A stretch of DNA of 64,000 nucleotides from Clostridia bacterium (GTDB taxonomy: Bacteria; Bacillota; Clostridia; UBA1212; DUPL01). The stretch spans positions 32,001 to 96,000 of the forward strand of contig JBMNIW010000001.1 of the NCBI GenBank assembly GCA_050951325.1, written 5' to 3'. This document shows, one piece after another, positions 10,143 through 20,707 of this stretch. The notes below the pieces were generated by a model that saw only the letters and a program-made list of their open reading frames with translations, had not been told where the DNA came from and made no database searches. Each line of letters opens with the position of its first letter. Within the stretch, counting starts at the first letter, position 1. The translations under genes were made by a program, and so were the position numbers.

Positions 10143-11114
10143 ATGGTTTCGAAAGATACACAGGAGGTTTTTCAATTGAGTATTGTTAGAATTGAAAATG
10201 TAACCAAAAAATATGGAAACATTGTGGCAGTAAATGATTTGTCACTTTCAATAGAAGAAGGTGAAATATTTGGTCTTCTTGGACCAAATGGAGCTGGAAA
10301 AAGCACCTTGATTAACATGATTACTTCCTTGATAACCATCGACGAAGGAAACATATATATTAAGGATGCAAATACAAAATCAAATGCGAACCTAACAAAA
10401 TCATTCACTGGCATAGTCCCTCAGGATATAGCGATATATGAGGACCTGACTTGTTTGGAAAACGTCAAATTCTTTGCAGGACTTTATGGTTTAAGAGGCA
10501 AGGAACTAAAAAGCAAGGCAATGGAAGCCCTTGAGTTTACAGGACTTTCCGACAAGGCCAAGGATTTTCCAAAAGGATTCTCAGGCGGCATGAAAAGAAG
10601 ACTCAACATCGCATGTGCCATTGCCCACAATCCTGAGATAATCATAATGGACGAACCTACGGTAGGCATTGACCCCCAGTCAAGAAACCACATTCTTCAG
10701 TCCGTAAAGGAATTGAACAGACGCGGCTGCACCGTTATATATACCAGCCACTATATGGAAGAGGTTGAAGAATTGTGTTCAAGAATTGCCATTATCGACT
10801 ATGGCAAAGTAATTGCTTTGGGCACAAAGCAGGAACTTAAAAGCATCGTAAAGCACAAGAATGAAGTATGGGTTACTGTAAAGAATAATATAGACAAGAT
10901 AGTACAAGAGGAATTGAAGGAAATTCCCGGTGTAACCGATGTTGAAATATATGAAAACACGGTCATGGTATACAGCATGCATGAAAGCGAGAACCTGGAA
11001 TCCATTATCGCATACTTCACATCAAAAGGGCTTGGAATACTTCAGATTGAATCAAAGGTCCCGGATCTTGAAACAGTGTTCCTTACACTGACAGGCAGAA
11101 AACTTAGGGACTGA
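10143..11114 (+). CDS. ABC exporter ATP-binding subunit (LnrL/YfiL-like)
   Basis: Walker A GPNGAGKS, signature FSGGMKRR, Walker B IIIMDEPT, 'GIDPQSRNHIL', C-terminal 'LETVFLTLTGRKLRD'. Confidence 0.92.
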   Translation: MVSKDTQEVFQLSIVRIENVTKKYGNIVAVNDLSLSIEEGEIFGLLGPNGAGKSTLINMITSLITIDEGNIYIKDANTKSNANLTKSFTGIVPQDIAIYEDLTCLENVKFFAGLYGLRGKELKSKAMEALEFTGLSDKAKDFPKGFSGGMKRRLNIACAIAHNPEIIIMDEPTVGIDPQSRNHILQSVKELNRRGCTVIYTSHYMEEVEELCSRIAIIDYGKVIALGTKQELKSIVKHKNEVWVTVKNNIDKIVQEELKEIPGVTDVEIYENTVMVYSMHESENLESIIAYFTSKGLGILQIESKVPDLETVFLTLTGRKLRD

Positions 11115-11126
11115 CAGGAGGTTGTA

Positions 11127-12248
11127 ATGAATACTCTAAATATCATAATTAAAGAGTTGAAGCAGCTTGTCAGGGATAAAAAATCCAATGCCATCATGAT
11201 CCTTCTTCCAATTGTACTGATTTTCATTCTTTCAAAGGCTTTCTCAGGCAATTTTGGACAAACCCTGAAACTTGGCGATGTCAGTGTGCTTTATACCATG
11301 AATGCGGAAGAAAGCCTTGAGCAGAGCTTTGAAATGTTTATGGAAACCATAAACAAGGAGCTTGGCATTCAGTTTGTGGAAGCAAGCAAGAAAAAAGAAG
11401 GATTAAAAGCAGTCAAGGATGTAAAATACGCCTGCTATATAATGATAGAGGAAAATGAAATAGAGATATATAAAAACGAGAGATACAACTTTAGTGCAAA
11501 TCTTGTTGAATCCATGGTAAGAAGCTTTGCCAAGAGGTATGACGCATTGAATGAAATTGCAAAGTCAAACCCCCAGGCAATTGAAGCCATATTGAGCGAT
11601 GAGACCATGAATTTCACAGAGATAAAGTCGCTGGACGGAAAAAGATCACCAAGTTCTCTCGACTATTACGCAGTCACCATGCTCACTCTGTTTCTACTGT
11701 ACTCATCCTTGACAGGTTATTCATCCATCAAGAGCGAGCAGTACTTGAGAACACAATACAGAATATTTGCTTCCCCTGTAAAGAAACATGAATACCTGAC
11801 AGGCAAAATAATTGGGGATTTGTCCATTTCACTTTTGCAGGCCATGTGTGTCTTCATATTTGGAAAATACCTTCTTAACGCCAACTGGGGCAGCGACATA
11901 CCCACTGTATTATTGGTTGTACTTGCAGAATGCATAATGACCGTCTCTTTGGGAGCATGCACTGCAGTGCTTTTCCAGAAAGGCGAAACAGGGATTGCGG
12001 TTATCAACATTGCAATACCCGTAATGGCTTTCCTGGGCGGAGGATACGTACCCTTGTCCCAGACAGGTGACGCCATCAACAAACTTAGTGTAATATCACC
12101 GCTCAAGTGGACCAACGAAGCAATATTCAAGGTAATCTACAACAACGATTACAGCAGCGTGCCCATTGCCATAGGCATCAGTATTGGCATTGCGGCAATT
12201 GCAATTATGCTGACTGCAATAAAAACCGGAAAGGAAAAAAGCATATGA
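11127..12248 (+). CDS. ABC-2 type permease (LnrM-like)
   Basis: N-terminal TM, extracellular loop, then multiple TMs; 'RIFASPV', 'FLGGGYVP', 'SPLKW'. Confidence 0.88.
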   Translation: MNTLNIIIKELKQLVRDKKSNAIMILLPIVLIFILSKAFSGNFGQTLKLGDVSVLYTMNAEESLEQSFEMFMETINKELGIQFVEASKKKEGLKAVKDVKYACYIMIEENEIEIYKNERYNFSANLVESMVRSFAKRYDALNEIAKSNPQAIEAILSDETMNFTEIKSLDGKRSPSSLDYYAVTMLTLFLLYSSLTGYSSIKSEQYLRTQYRIFASPVKKHEYLTGKIIGDLSISLLQAMCVFIFGKYLLNANWGSDIPTVLLVVLAECIMTVSLGACTAVLFQKGETGIAVINIAIPVMAFLGGGYVPLSQTGDAINKLSVISPLKWTNEAIFKVIYNNDYSSVPIAIGISIGIAAIAIMLTAIKTGKEKSI

Positions 12249-13396
12249 AAACCCTTCTGTTTTTGGTTAAAAATATATTAACACTAACTTTCAGAAGAAA
12301 ATCCAATATAGTTGTATACCTCATCCTGCCTATTATAAGTGTATTGGTTTCCCTTTTGATATACAGTAACACTGGCTCCAGCAACATGATTATAGGTTAC
12401 GTCGACAATGACAATACATTCTTTTCAATGGAGCTTCTTGACTCCATGGAATCGTTGTACGGCTACACTTTGAAAGATGTCAAAGGCGAGGATATGAATG
12501 ACCTTTTGCTGGATAACAAAATTGCTGCAGCCATTGTCATACCCAAAGGCTATGAAGACGGCATTTACAACAGCAGTATGGAAAACATACAAATTGTTTC
12601 CATCAAGGGATATGAGACCACCGCATGGCTTGAAAACTATATAAACCTGCACCAGAGAAACATAAAAGACCTGTGTTTTCGCCTGCAAACGGAGACAGGG
12701 AAAGCTTTGATGCAATGTATAAAAGCCATGCAGAGAACAAGCTTGAGGTATATGATATAAACCTCTCGGATGACAGATCCAAAAAGGACACGACCATCAC
12801 AAGCCTTGGCTTTCTTATCATGTTCATAATGCTTGGACAGGGCTTTTCTACACAGATGATACTGAAAGAAAAAAGAGAGAGAACTTACTACCGTATAGCC
12901 TCCTCTCCCGTTAAGACTTCAGAATTTCTGTTGGCCAACATCGTTGCATCAATGCTCATAAGTCTTATTCAAATAATACTTGTACTTGTCTTTTTGGAAC
13001 ATGTATTTCAAATAAATACATTCGTTCCGAGCAAACATTATGATATCAATCCTCTTTGTATTCTCACTGGTGGCCTGTGGAATAGGTCTTGTCGTAACAT
13101 CCTACTCCGACTCCTCCTATATGGCAAGCACGCTGAATACAATGATACTCACACCAACCTGCATGATTGGAGGATGCTTCTGGCCTGTATACATCATGCC
13201 AAAGTTCATGCAAAACCTTTCCTACATTGTGCCCCAGAGATGGGCTTTGGAGGCCATTGAGAAAATACAAAAAGGATACGACTACACGGCCATCGTCCTG
13301 AACCTGTTTGTTCTTTTGATGTTTGCAGTCGTATTCTTCATGATTGCTATTCTAAGGTTGAAAAAGCTAAAGAGCGTGGAGAAATTCGTTTATTGA
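12245..13396 (+). CDS. ABC-2 type permease (LnrN-like), split by two frameshifts
   Basis: Three consecutive ORF fragments (12107-12760, 12673-13260, 13040-13396) join into one permease: MKTLLFLVK... / ...EKRERTYYRIASSPV... / ...IGGCFWP...PQRW. Shifts near 12675 and 13035; likely assembly indels. Confidence 0.8.
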
Positions 13397-13875
13397 TATC
13401 TGGCGTAAGATTTTCCATACCAGCTCATGGCACACGCAGCAATGAACAATGTACCTGAGATTTTGGCAAGAAATGAAACATAATCAAGGTTCATAAATAT
13501 GGCATTCAGCGTCAGCACTTCCGCCTGGGTTTTATTTGCCAAAAACTGCATGTTGCTTATAAATCTGCCCAGGAAGGAAAAAGCTCCGCTGAACAAGACT
13601 ATGCCAACTATCTCAAACGCTCTTGTAGAGTAAACATCCTTGAGTTTGCTTAGTATAACCAAAGAGATGGTTGCCTGTATAATATAATGCAGTATGGAAG
13701 TCACATATCCAAATGGCAGAACAAAGCTGGCGTTTTCAATATCTTCATAAACAAGAGAATATGAAGCGGCAAGCTTTTTCTGTACAGTGATAAAACAAGT
13801 GAATGCAATAAGATAAATCAAACCCAAAATTAAAGAGATACTAAACATCCATTTGATAGTTTTTTCTTTATACAT
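13390..13875 (-). CDS. Hypothetical membrane protein (about 4 TM)
   Basis: 161 aa with four hydrophobic segments. Confidence 0.65.
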   Translation of the reverse strand: MYKEKTIKWMFSISLILGLIYLIAFTCFITVQKKLAASYSLVYEDIENASFVLPFGYVTSILHYIIQATISLVILSKLKDVYSTRAFEIVGIVLFSGAFSFLGRFISNMQFLANKTQAEVLTLNAIFMNLDYVSFLAKISGTLFIAACAMSWYGKSYARYQ

Positions 13876-13892
13876 AAAATACTTCTTTCAAT

Positions 13893-13930
13893 ACAATTCA
13901 CCATTCGCAATTGGCGAATGGTGAATTGTT
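13893..13930 (-). terminator. Long perfect inverted repeat / terminator after the GH99-like gene
   Basis: ACAATTCACCATTCGC-aattg-GCGAATGGTGAATTGT. Confidence 0.6.
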
Positions 13931-13960
13931 TTCATCATTCAACAAATATATTAATCTACC

Positions 13961-15952
13961 CTAAACTGATTTTTTATTTACAAGTATGATAACAGCAGCA
14001 GCAATTACACCAACCAAGACTATACTGGTTGCAATTATGATAGCGGTAGTGGTGGTAAAGCTAAAGCCTTCTTTCTCATCTCCCTTTTCTTCCAGATAAG
14101 CCGCCTTGTCCCTGAAGGCAAAGCAGAGTCTTCCGCCTGGAGCCACGTCGCCATTGAGGTAGAAGTCCATTATATCTCCATCCTCCTGCATATTGTCGGA
14201 CCACTTGAAGTTGAAGTTGAGAGGCTTATTCTTGAAGCCCAACATTTCTCTTGGGACTTCTATCTGCAGTACATTGCCGTTAACCGAGTATCTAACTTCG
14301 CCAACCTGCTCCCAGTCCCAGCCGCCTTTGCTTCTTTCAAGATATGCAACACTGTCGCTTGGAGTCCTTCTGTTTATAACGTATTCAAACTCTTCCCAGT
14401 CTACGGAGGTTTCTGTTGCCCTCTGGGTGTCCAAAAACAATCTCATCCAGGCCGGATCCGTATGAGGTGTAAGATCATCCACGGTTCTAACATAGAAATA
14501 TATGTTGTCATCATCGTATGTAACCTTTGTGTTTACTATGTCATTCCTCATGGTGTAGTTCTCATACTTGAGCCTGCCCCAGCCTCTTGAGTTTCTTTCG
14601 TAGGTGTTCTTTGTATAGTGATCATAGGACAGAATGGCAGGATCATCCCACTGGGACAAATCTCCAAATATGTCGATGGATACGCCATTCTCTGCATAAT
14701 CAATATCGGAAGCTCCCTTGAACCTCCTTACATTTGCAATGAGCTGGTAATAGTAGTAGTCTTTGAGAGCTCCTTTTGAAGGCTCTATGTCTCTTGAGTT
14801 CTCATCGTCAAACTGGTCGGGGAATGCATTCTCTATACCCATCCATTCATCGAATCTGCCCATTATCCATTCATTCCAGCCCGTTACAAAAATAATTTCC
14901 GGGTCCTGTTCAATGGCAAAATCAAACTGCTGTTGGAAGTTAAGACCATAGAACATGGAATTCTCAATATTCTTGTCAACCTTTATGGTCTTGTTCCTGT
15001 AGGTGTATGAATAGGAATATTCACCATTGGTATAGCTTCTTCCCATGTTGTTCGGTCCATTCATGGCACAGAGTCTCCATTCCACATAGTCTGCATTCTG
15101 CGCAATGCCAACTGTAACCTGTTCAACGGTACCGTCTTCATTCTTGTAGACGGCTTGAGGGTAAACATGGAGCCAACCCCAGTATCTGTCGTCCTTGTCA
15201 TCCTCGAAATATGAAGCTACATTTCTTCTCCATGTGAAGAACTCATAGATCTCCTTTTCCAGTGCGTTGTTCTGGTTAAGGCACTCCGGATGCGCCATAA
15301 TGAGGGGCTTGCCTTCCCAGTAGAACCACAAATCCTTGTATGCCTCTTTTTTGTAAAGCCTGTTGTAAATTGATTTCAATGATACAACAGTATCAGCTAA
15401 CGGCCCGAAGTTGAGCATGAAAATAATCTGCGGAGTCTTGACTCCCTGCTCTCTTGCTTCAGACCATACTTCACACAGAGCCAGGTATGCAGGTTCCCAG
15501 GTAAAGCTTCCGTTTGTACAGTCAAATGCAACAAAATCAATACCAGCATCCGCCAGCATCTCTGCCTGCTTTCTCAAAACGTATTTGTCGGTGCTGGTAT
15601 AATAACCGTAAATAGGCTCGTTCCAGAAGTATGATGTCGCATAATATTTTTTTCTCCAAAGATCATGGTTAAAATCATTCTTGATTTCAGGATGCTCTTT
15701 CATAATCTCAGTGACATTGTGAGGAGTATTGCTGATAAAGTTATAATGCCAGGTCCAGTAGAAAATACCTACGTATTTACCTTGCTTGATACCCTCCACC
15801 TCTTTATTCGTCGGCAACTCTCTACCCAGGCCGTCCACAGAAACCCATTTGGTTGGATCAATCTCTGCAGACACTACCATTGCAAGCAGCTGACTTAGAA
15901 TAAGTACAAATACAATTGCAAAGAGGACTCTCCTTTTAAACACCTGATTCAC
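13961..15952 (-). CDS. Surface-anchored GH99/GH71-like glycoside hydrolase with C-terminal beta-sandwich and TM anchor
   Basis: Signal peptide; 'DGLGRELP', 'VGIFYWTWH', 'WNEPIYGYY', 'MLADAGIDF..FDCTN', 'TGWNEW', 'SRDIEP'; C-terminal TM. Confidence 0.72.
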   Translation of the reverse strand: MNQVFKRRVLFAIVFVLILSQLLAMVVSAEIDPTKWVSVDGLGRELPTNKEVEGIKQGKYVGIFYWTWHYNFISNTPHNVTEIMKEHPEIKNDFNHDLWRKKYYATSYFWNEPIYGYYTSTDKYVLRKQAEMLADAGIDFVAFDCTNGSFTWEPAYLALCEVWSEAREQGVKTPQIIFMLNFGPLADTVVSLKSIYNRLYKKEAYKDLWFYWEGKPLIMAHPECLNQNNALEKEIYEFFTWRRNVASYFEDDKDDRYWGWLHVYPQAVYKNEDGTVEQVTVGIAQNADYVEWRLCAMNGPNNMGRSYTNGEYSYSYTYRNKTIKVDKNIENSMFYGLNFQQQFDFAIEQDPEIIFVTGWNEWIMGRFDEWMGIENAFPDQFDDENSRDIEPSKGALKDYYYYQLIANVRRFKGASDIDYAENGVSIDIFGDLSQWDDPAILSYDHYTKNTYERNSRGWGRLKYENYTMRNDIVNTKVTYDDDNIYFYVRTVDDLTPHTDPAWMRLFLDTQRATETSVDWEEFEYVINRRTPSDSVAYLERSKGGWDWEQVGEVRYSVNGNVLQIEVPREMLGFKNKPLNFNFKWSDNMQEDGDIMDFYLNGDVAPGGRLCFAFRDKAAYLEEKGDEKEGFSFTTTTAIIIATSIVLVGVIAAAVIILVNKKSV

Positions 15953-16164
15953 TCCTTATCATTTTGTATGCCAACATTCTATATCATGTCGGCTAAATTT
16001 TCAACAACCTGTGAAAAAAGAGGCATGATTTGAACATTATTAAAAACATTTAGTCAAAAACCAACCAACCCTTGTTGTTTTTACATATTATTTAAACAAT
16101 TTTACATATTTATATTATTACTGTTATGATTTAATCAGTATGGAATGATTAATCGGAGGTTCAT

Positions 16165-17775
16165 ATGAAAAGAATAGTGTGTTTCCTTGTATGCATTTCC
16201 ATGGTTCTTGCTATAGGGTGTAATGAAAAAACACCAGAAAAGATATACCAGCGCAACTGGCCTATAACCGATGCATACAAAAGCAAGGATATTGAAAAGC
16301 TTTTGATCAAGGTTAACAAATACTTTCAGGAGAACATGGAAACCCCAACAAACTCCTGGGATGATGCGGTCTATCACTCAGGGAACATACGCGCCTTCAT
16401 GCATACCGGTGTAAAGGAATTCTATGACTACAGTTATGGATACGCAACAAAACACCACTTTTTTGTTAACAACGGTGCAAATACAATAAACGGTGACTTT
16501 TACTGCATATCCCAGTTATACATAGACTTGTACCGGCTTACAGGAAAGGATTACATGCTGAAAGATGTATTGAGAAATGCAGATTTCAACGCAGACAGCC
16601 GTACCACCTTTGACTGGGTTGACCTTCTTTACATGTCTCTTCCAGTATTTGTTGATCTTACCCATATCACAGGGGACACAAAATACATTGATGACGCATT
16701 GAGAGCATATGAAAAAGCAAGAGAGATCATGTGGGATGAAGAAGACAGTCTTTGGTACAGGGACGCAAGGTTTGTCTACGGAGGCGGAAATCCCGACTCT
16801 GTAACCCCAAGCGGCAAAAAGGTATACTGGTCAAGGGGTAATGGCTGGGCTTTTTCTGCACTGGCAAAGTCCCTTGAATATCTAGACAAAGACCATATAG
16901 CGTATGAAATATTTGCAAATGACCTTAAACTTATGGCGGATGCTTTGAAGGAAAGACAGAGGGACGATGGTACATGGAATGCAAACCTTGACGACCCGGA
17001 GCATTTCGGAGGAATCGAAACCTCAGGCACAGTAATGTTCATGTACGGCTATATTGTAGGAATAAGGCTTGGAATACTGGATTTTGATACATACTTTCCC
17101 ATCGTACAGAAAATATATGAAGGATTGAAAAAACATGCAATTTCCAAAGAAGGCAGACTGCTGTATGTGCAGCCTGGGTCCGACAGTCCTCAAAGATACG
17201 CAAACTACCATGACGAGGATAAAAGAAGGGAACAAACCCGTCAATTTGCAGTAGGAGTATTCGTCATGGCCCTTTCCGAACTCATGCTTTTGTGCAAGGA
17301 TTATCAAAAACCGGATATAAATCTGAAAGAACCCGAGTACACTCCCTTTGCAACTCCAAAACTGGAAGAAGACTACTACATGGGAAAGATAAAAGCAAAA
17401 GCAACGAAAGAGCAGACAGGGAACACAGCAGACAGAATAGTTGACAAGAAGTTCGATGATATTAATGGACAGAGATGGTCCGCACAAGGATATCCAAACA
17501 GCGTAACGCTGGAATTTGAGGAAGTTCTTGATTTGCGGAAAATAACGGTTGTTCCGTATTTTAACAGGACATACATCTACACCATCGAAGCATCCATTGA
17601 CGGCGAGAATTATAATCTCATAGTTGAAAACGATGGCGAAATGCCTGCCATGAGATTCATTGACCATGAAATTGACACAAAAGCCAAATACATAAGACTT
17701 ACTGTCACTGGATGCACGAACTATACAGGTGATTGGATAAGCATAAACGAAGTACTTGTGTATGTTATAGATTAA
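16165..17775 (+). CDS. GH105 (GH88/105) unsaturated uronyl hydrolase lipoprotein with F5/8 type C (CBM32-like) domain
   Basis: Lipobox LAIGC; 'WVDLLYM', 'YWSRGNGW', 'QRDDGTW', 'ETSGT'; C-terminal 'RWSA', 'AKYIRLTV', 'ISINEV'. Confidence 0.88.
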   Translation: MKRIVCFLVCISMVLAIGCNEKTPEKIYQRNWPITDAYKSKDIEKLLIKVNKYFQENMETPTNSWDDAVYHSGNIRAFMHTGVKEFYDYSYGYATKHHFFVNNGANTINGDFYCISQLYIDLYRLTGKDYMLKDVLRNADFNADSRTTFDWVDLLYMSLPVFVDLTHITGDTKYIDDALRAYEKAREIMWDEEDSLWYRDARFVYGGGNPDSVTPSGKKVYWSRGNGWAFSALAKSLEYLDKDHIAYEIFANDLKLMADALKERQRDDGTWNANLDDPEHFGGIETSGTVMFMYGYIVGIRLGILDFDTYFPIVQKIYEGLKKHAISKEGRLLYVQPGSDSPQRYANYHDEDKRREQTRQFAVGVFVMALSELMLLCKDYQKPDINLKEPEYTPFATPKLEEDYYMGKIKAKATKEQTGNTADRIVDKKFDDINGQRWSAQGYPNSVTLEFEEVLDLRKITVVPYFNRTYIYTIEASIDGENYNLIVENDGEMPAMRFIDHEIDTKAKYIRLTVTGCTNYTGDWISINEVLVYVID

Positions 17776-17791
17776 CCAATGGAGGTGTTAA

Positions 17792-18550
17792 ATGTATAAA
17801 AAGCTTGTACTAATCATATTGTTCCTCTTGATTATTGGTCTACTGCCCGTTCATGCAGAAAGAACATACTTTTTCCAATGCGGTGACAGAACCCTTTGGG
17901 AGCCGGTAGAAGAAACATACATTGAGGGACAACAGGAAAAAGAATTGGGACCTATTAGAGTTTCAAGAGGTATTGGTATTGGATGGTTCAAGGCTGGAAA
18001 TGCGGTTGAAATTCTTGAACCTGTAGATTTTGGAGAAGGAATCATCAGCATGTCTGCCAAGGTAGCAGCTCAGTATCCTGAGGATCATTTTGAGACAAAC
18101 ATGCCCGATGCAAGGTTTGAAATCCGCATCGACTCCCATGACGGACCAATAATTGCATACGTCAAACCAATCGGCACCACATCTTGGGAGATCATGGAAG
18201 ATGCAGAAGTCGAAATTACCGAGGAAGGTAAAAACGTTAAAGGAGAACACACAATTTTCATAGTCAACCGTATTGGCACGCCGGAGGAATACCTCGAAGG
18301 AACTATAAAAGGCTCATGCAACTTCAATGAGCTTGAAATAGTTACAGATGCGGAAGAACCAACTCCCAAACCCACACCGGAACCTACAGAAACACCGACG
18401 AAGGCACCAACCCAGTCTCCGACACCCAGCAAGACACCTATACCCGACAAAAGCAACAATTACTCCTATGTAATTTTTATCATCATCGGTGCGGCAGTTG
18501 TTTTAGGTGCTGTTGTTGCAGTTCTTCTGATAAGAAAAAGAGGTAAATAA
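17792..18550 (+). CDS. Membrane-anchored carbohydrate-binding protein (CBM6-like) with PT linker
   Basis: Signal peptide; 'VDFGEG', 'EIRIDSHDGPIIA', 'TTSW', 'GEHTIF' are CBM6-like; PT-rich linker; C-terminal TM plus RKRGK. Confidence 0.75.
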   Translation: MYKKLVLIILFLLIIGLLPVHAERTYFFQCGDRTLWEPVEETYIEGQQEKELGPIRVSRGIGIGWFKAGNAVEILEPVDFGEGIISMSAKVAAQYPEDHFETNMPDARFEIRIDSHDGPIIAYVKPIGTTSWEIMEDAEVEITEEGKNVKGEHTIFIVNRIGTPEEYLEGTIKGSCNFNELEIVTDAEEPTPKPTPEPTETPTKAPTQSPTPSKTPIPDKSNNYSYVIFIIIGAAVVLGAVVAVLLIRKRGK

Positions 18551-18593
18551 AATTAGGTAAAAAATAAGAGGCAACCCCTCTTTTTTTTTCACC

Positions 18594-18884
18594 TCAAAAC
18601 GGGAAGTCATCGTCTTCTTCATCATGATATCCAAACACTTCATCAATCAGGAACATATCCTCATCAAAATCATCTTCAACATCGTCGTCTTCATCTTCAT
18701 CGTCGGAATAATAGTCTTCGTCTTCATCATCGGAGAAATAGTCGTCATCATCGTAGTCATCATAGTCGTCATCAAAATCATCGTCGAAATCGTCATCAAA
18801 GTCATCAAAATCATCATAATCATCTTCGAGATCATCGAAATCATCATAATCAAAATAGTCGTTTTTCTTTTTCTTTTTTCCCAT
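18594..18884 (-). CDS. Small, extremely acidic low-complexity protein
   Basis: RBS GGAGG upstream; MGKKKKKN followed by D/E/F/Y-rich repeats ending DDDFPF. Confidence 0.65.
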   Translation of the reverse strand: MGKKKKKNDYFDYDDFDDLEDDYDDFDDFDDDFDDDFDDDYDDYDDDDYFSDDEDEDYYSDDEDEDDDVEDDFDEDMFLIDEVFGYHDEEDDDFPF

Positions 18885-19123
18885 ATGAAAACCTCCACAG
18901 ATAATAACTTAGCATATATTTTACTCAGTTTTTTTCAATAATCAAGATGGTTTTTAAATATTTTTATGTAAATTTTTCAGTTATTCAAGCTCCTCCAAAA
19001 TACGTCATATTCCCTTATTTCCTTTATTTTCCTCCCCACCATTATACCATGATACTATACGAAATAGTTTAATTTTTTTTACATTTGATATATACTATAA
19101 AAAAACACGAAAAGGAGATACAG

Positions 19124-20707
19124 ATGAAGACTTTGAATCATACGAATTTTCAATCAGATGGTGAGATAAAGACAAGACAAACTGCACTGTTCAATCGTCT
19201 TCATGACGATATATACATGCCTCATTATGTCTTTACCGCAGACCAGAACGGCTGGCCTGGAGACTGGGAAGGAAGAACCATACTTGCCCTTGTTTCCCTT
19301 GCCAAGGTTTTGAAAGAAGAGCCAAAATACTTGGACGGCATAATTGAAAATTTGAAAGACCATCTTAACGAAAAAGGTTATCTTGGTCATGTCCTTCCAA
19401 AAGGCACTGCAGATGAACAGCAGCTGTCTGGCCACAGCTGGCTGCTAAGAGGTCTGTGCGAATATTACAGATACAAAAAAGACGAAAGCGTTCTGGAGAC
19501 AATTAAAGGGATTGTGAAGAACCTTTTTCTTCCATTAAGAAAGAACTATGAAACCTATCCTATACTTCCTGAACAAAGAGTATATGAAGGACACGAATCA
19601 GGCAGCGTTGCAGGCATGGTGAACAATTGGTACATATCCACCGACACAGGGTGCGCTTTTATTCCTCTTGACGGTATCAGCGATGCTTATGAACTTATGC
19701 TGGATGTGGACAAAGACCTGGCAAGAGAATTAAGATACATGCTGGGTTTCATGATAGATAAATTCATGACCATCCCCTTTACGGAAATTTGCGTCCAAAC
19801 CCATGCCACCCTCACTGGATTAAGAGGCATGATGAGGATGTTCAAACACATGAGGAATCATGTTTATCTTTCCTTTGTAAAAGATACTTTTGATTTGTAT
19901 ATCAACGAAGGCATGACCGCAAATTTTGCAAACTACAATTGGTTTGGAAGACCTGAATGGACGGAGCCTTGTGCAATAATAGACTCGTTCATGCTTGCAT
20001 GCCAGCTGTATAAGGAAACTGCGGAACAAAGATATGCAGATTACGCAAATTACATACTCTACAATGGAATATATAGATCTCAAAGAGAAAACGGAGGATT
20101 CGGCACCGACAACTGCGCAGGACCCGAGGATGATTACGTTATCCCAACCAACTACGAGGCATACTGGTGCTGCACGATGCGAGGAGGAGAAGGCCTTTTT
20201 GCAGTCTCGCAGTACAGCCTTTTGGAAAGAGGAAAGGATATTGTCATGATCTACCCTGTCAGCGGCATTTACCAGGTTAAGGGCATAACAATGCACATAC
20301 GTACGGACTATCCCAAATCGGGAAACATCTCAATTACCATATTTGAGAACAATAGTGACAAGAACGTCACTATGGAATTCATGATGTTCCGAACGTATGT
20401 TGATGTAAAATTCCTGTACAATTTCAAACAGAGAAAAATTATCATAACCAAAGACAAGAACGAGTATCTGATTGACTTCAAACTCCCTATTTACTACAAA
20501 CTCGCAGAAGGCAAGCATAACAAGAAGGATAAGAAGCTCCTTATGCGCGGCCCTGCAATTCTGGGAAGTCTGAGTCCGGTGTCCGTTCCTAATGAATTGA
20601 GCAACATTGTAGTCGAGGAATTCATCCCACTCTACGACACTTCATTTACAAGACCTAGAAACAGAGTGGAAAAAGACAAAATATATATACTGTTTGACGG
20701 TCAATGA
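19124..20707 (+). CDS. GH127/GH146-like beta-L-arabinofuranosidase
   Basis: 'GWPGDWEGR', 'HAT', 'EPCA', 'WCCTMRG' (Cys motif of GH127), 'TDYP..G'; RBS AAGGAG before ATG 19124. Confidence 0.78.
   Translation: MKTLNHTNFQSDGEIKTRQTALFNRLHDDIYMPHYVFTADQNGWPGDWEGRTILALVSLAKVLKEEPKYLDGIIENLKDHLNEKGYLGHVLPKGTADEQQLSGHSWLLRGLCEYYRYKKDESVLETIKGIVKNLFLPLRKNYETYPILPEQRVYEGHESGSVAGMVNNWYISTDTGCAFIPLDGISDAYELMLDVDKDLARELRYMLGFMIDKFMTIPFTEICVQTHATLTGLRGMMRMFKHMRNHVYLSFVKDTFDLYINEGMTANFANYNWFGRPEWTEPCAIIDSFMLACQLYKETAEQRYADYANYILYNGIYRSQRENGGFGTDNCAGPEDDYVIPTNYEAYWCCTMRGGEGLFAVSQYSLLERGKDIVMIYPVSGIYQVKGITMHIRTDYPKSGNISITIFENNSDKNVTMEFMMFRTYVDVKFLYNFKQRKIIITKDKNEYLIDFKLPIYYKLAEGKHNKKDKKLLMRGPAILGSLSPVSVPNELSNIVVEEFIPLYDTSFTRPRNRVEKDKIYILFDGQ

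Noticed and set aside
12245-13396. Programmed frameshifting or three separate genes in the second ABC permease
   Set aside because: The fragments join into one ordinary permease and no slippery site is obvious; similar single-base indels elsewhere point to assembly error.
18624-18941. Ile-rich and Met/Thr-rich ORFs overlapping the acidic protein
   Set aside because: Alternative-frame and antisense shadows of the GAT/GAC repeat; only the acidic frame has a well-placed RBS.
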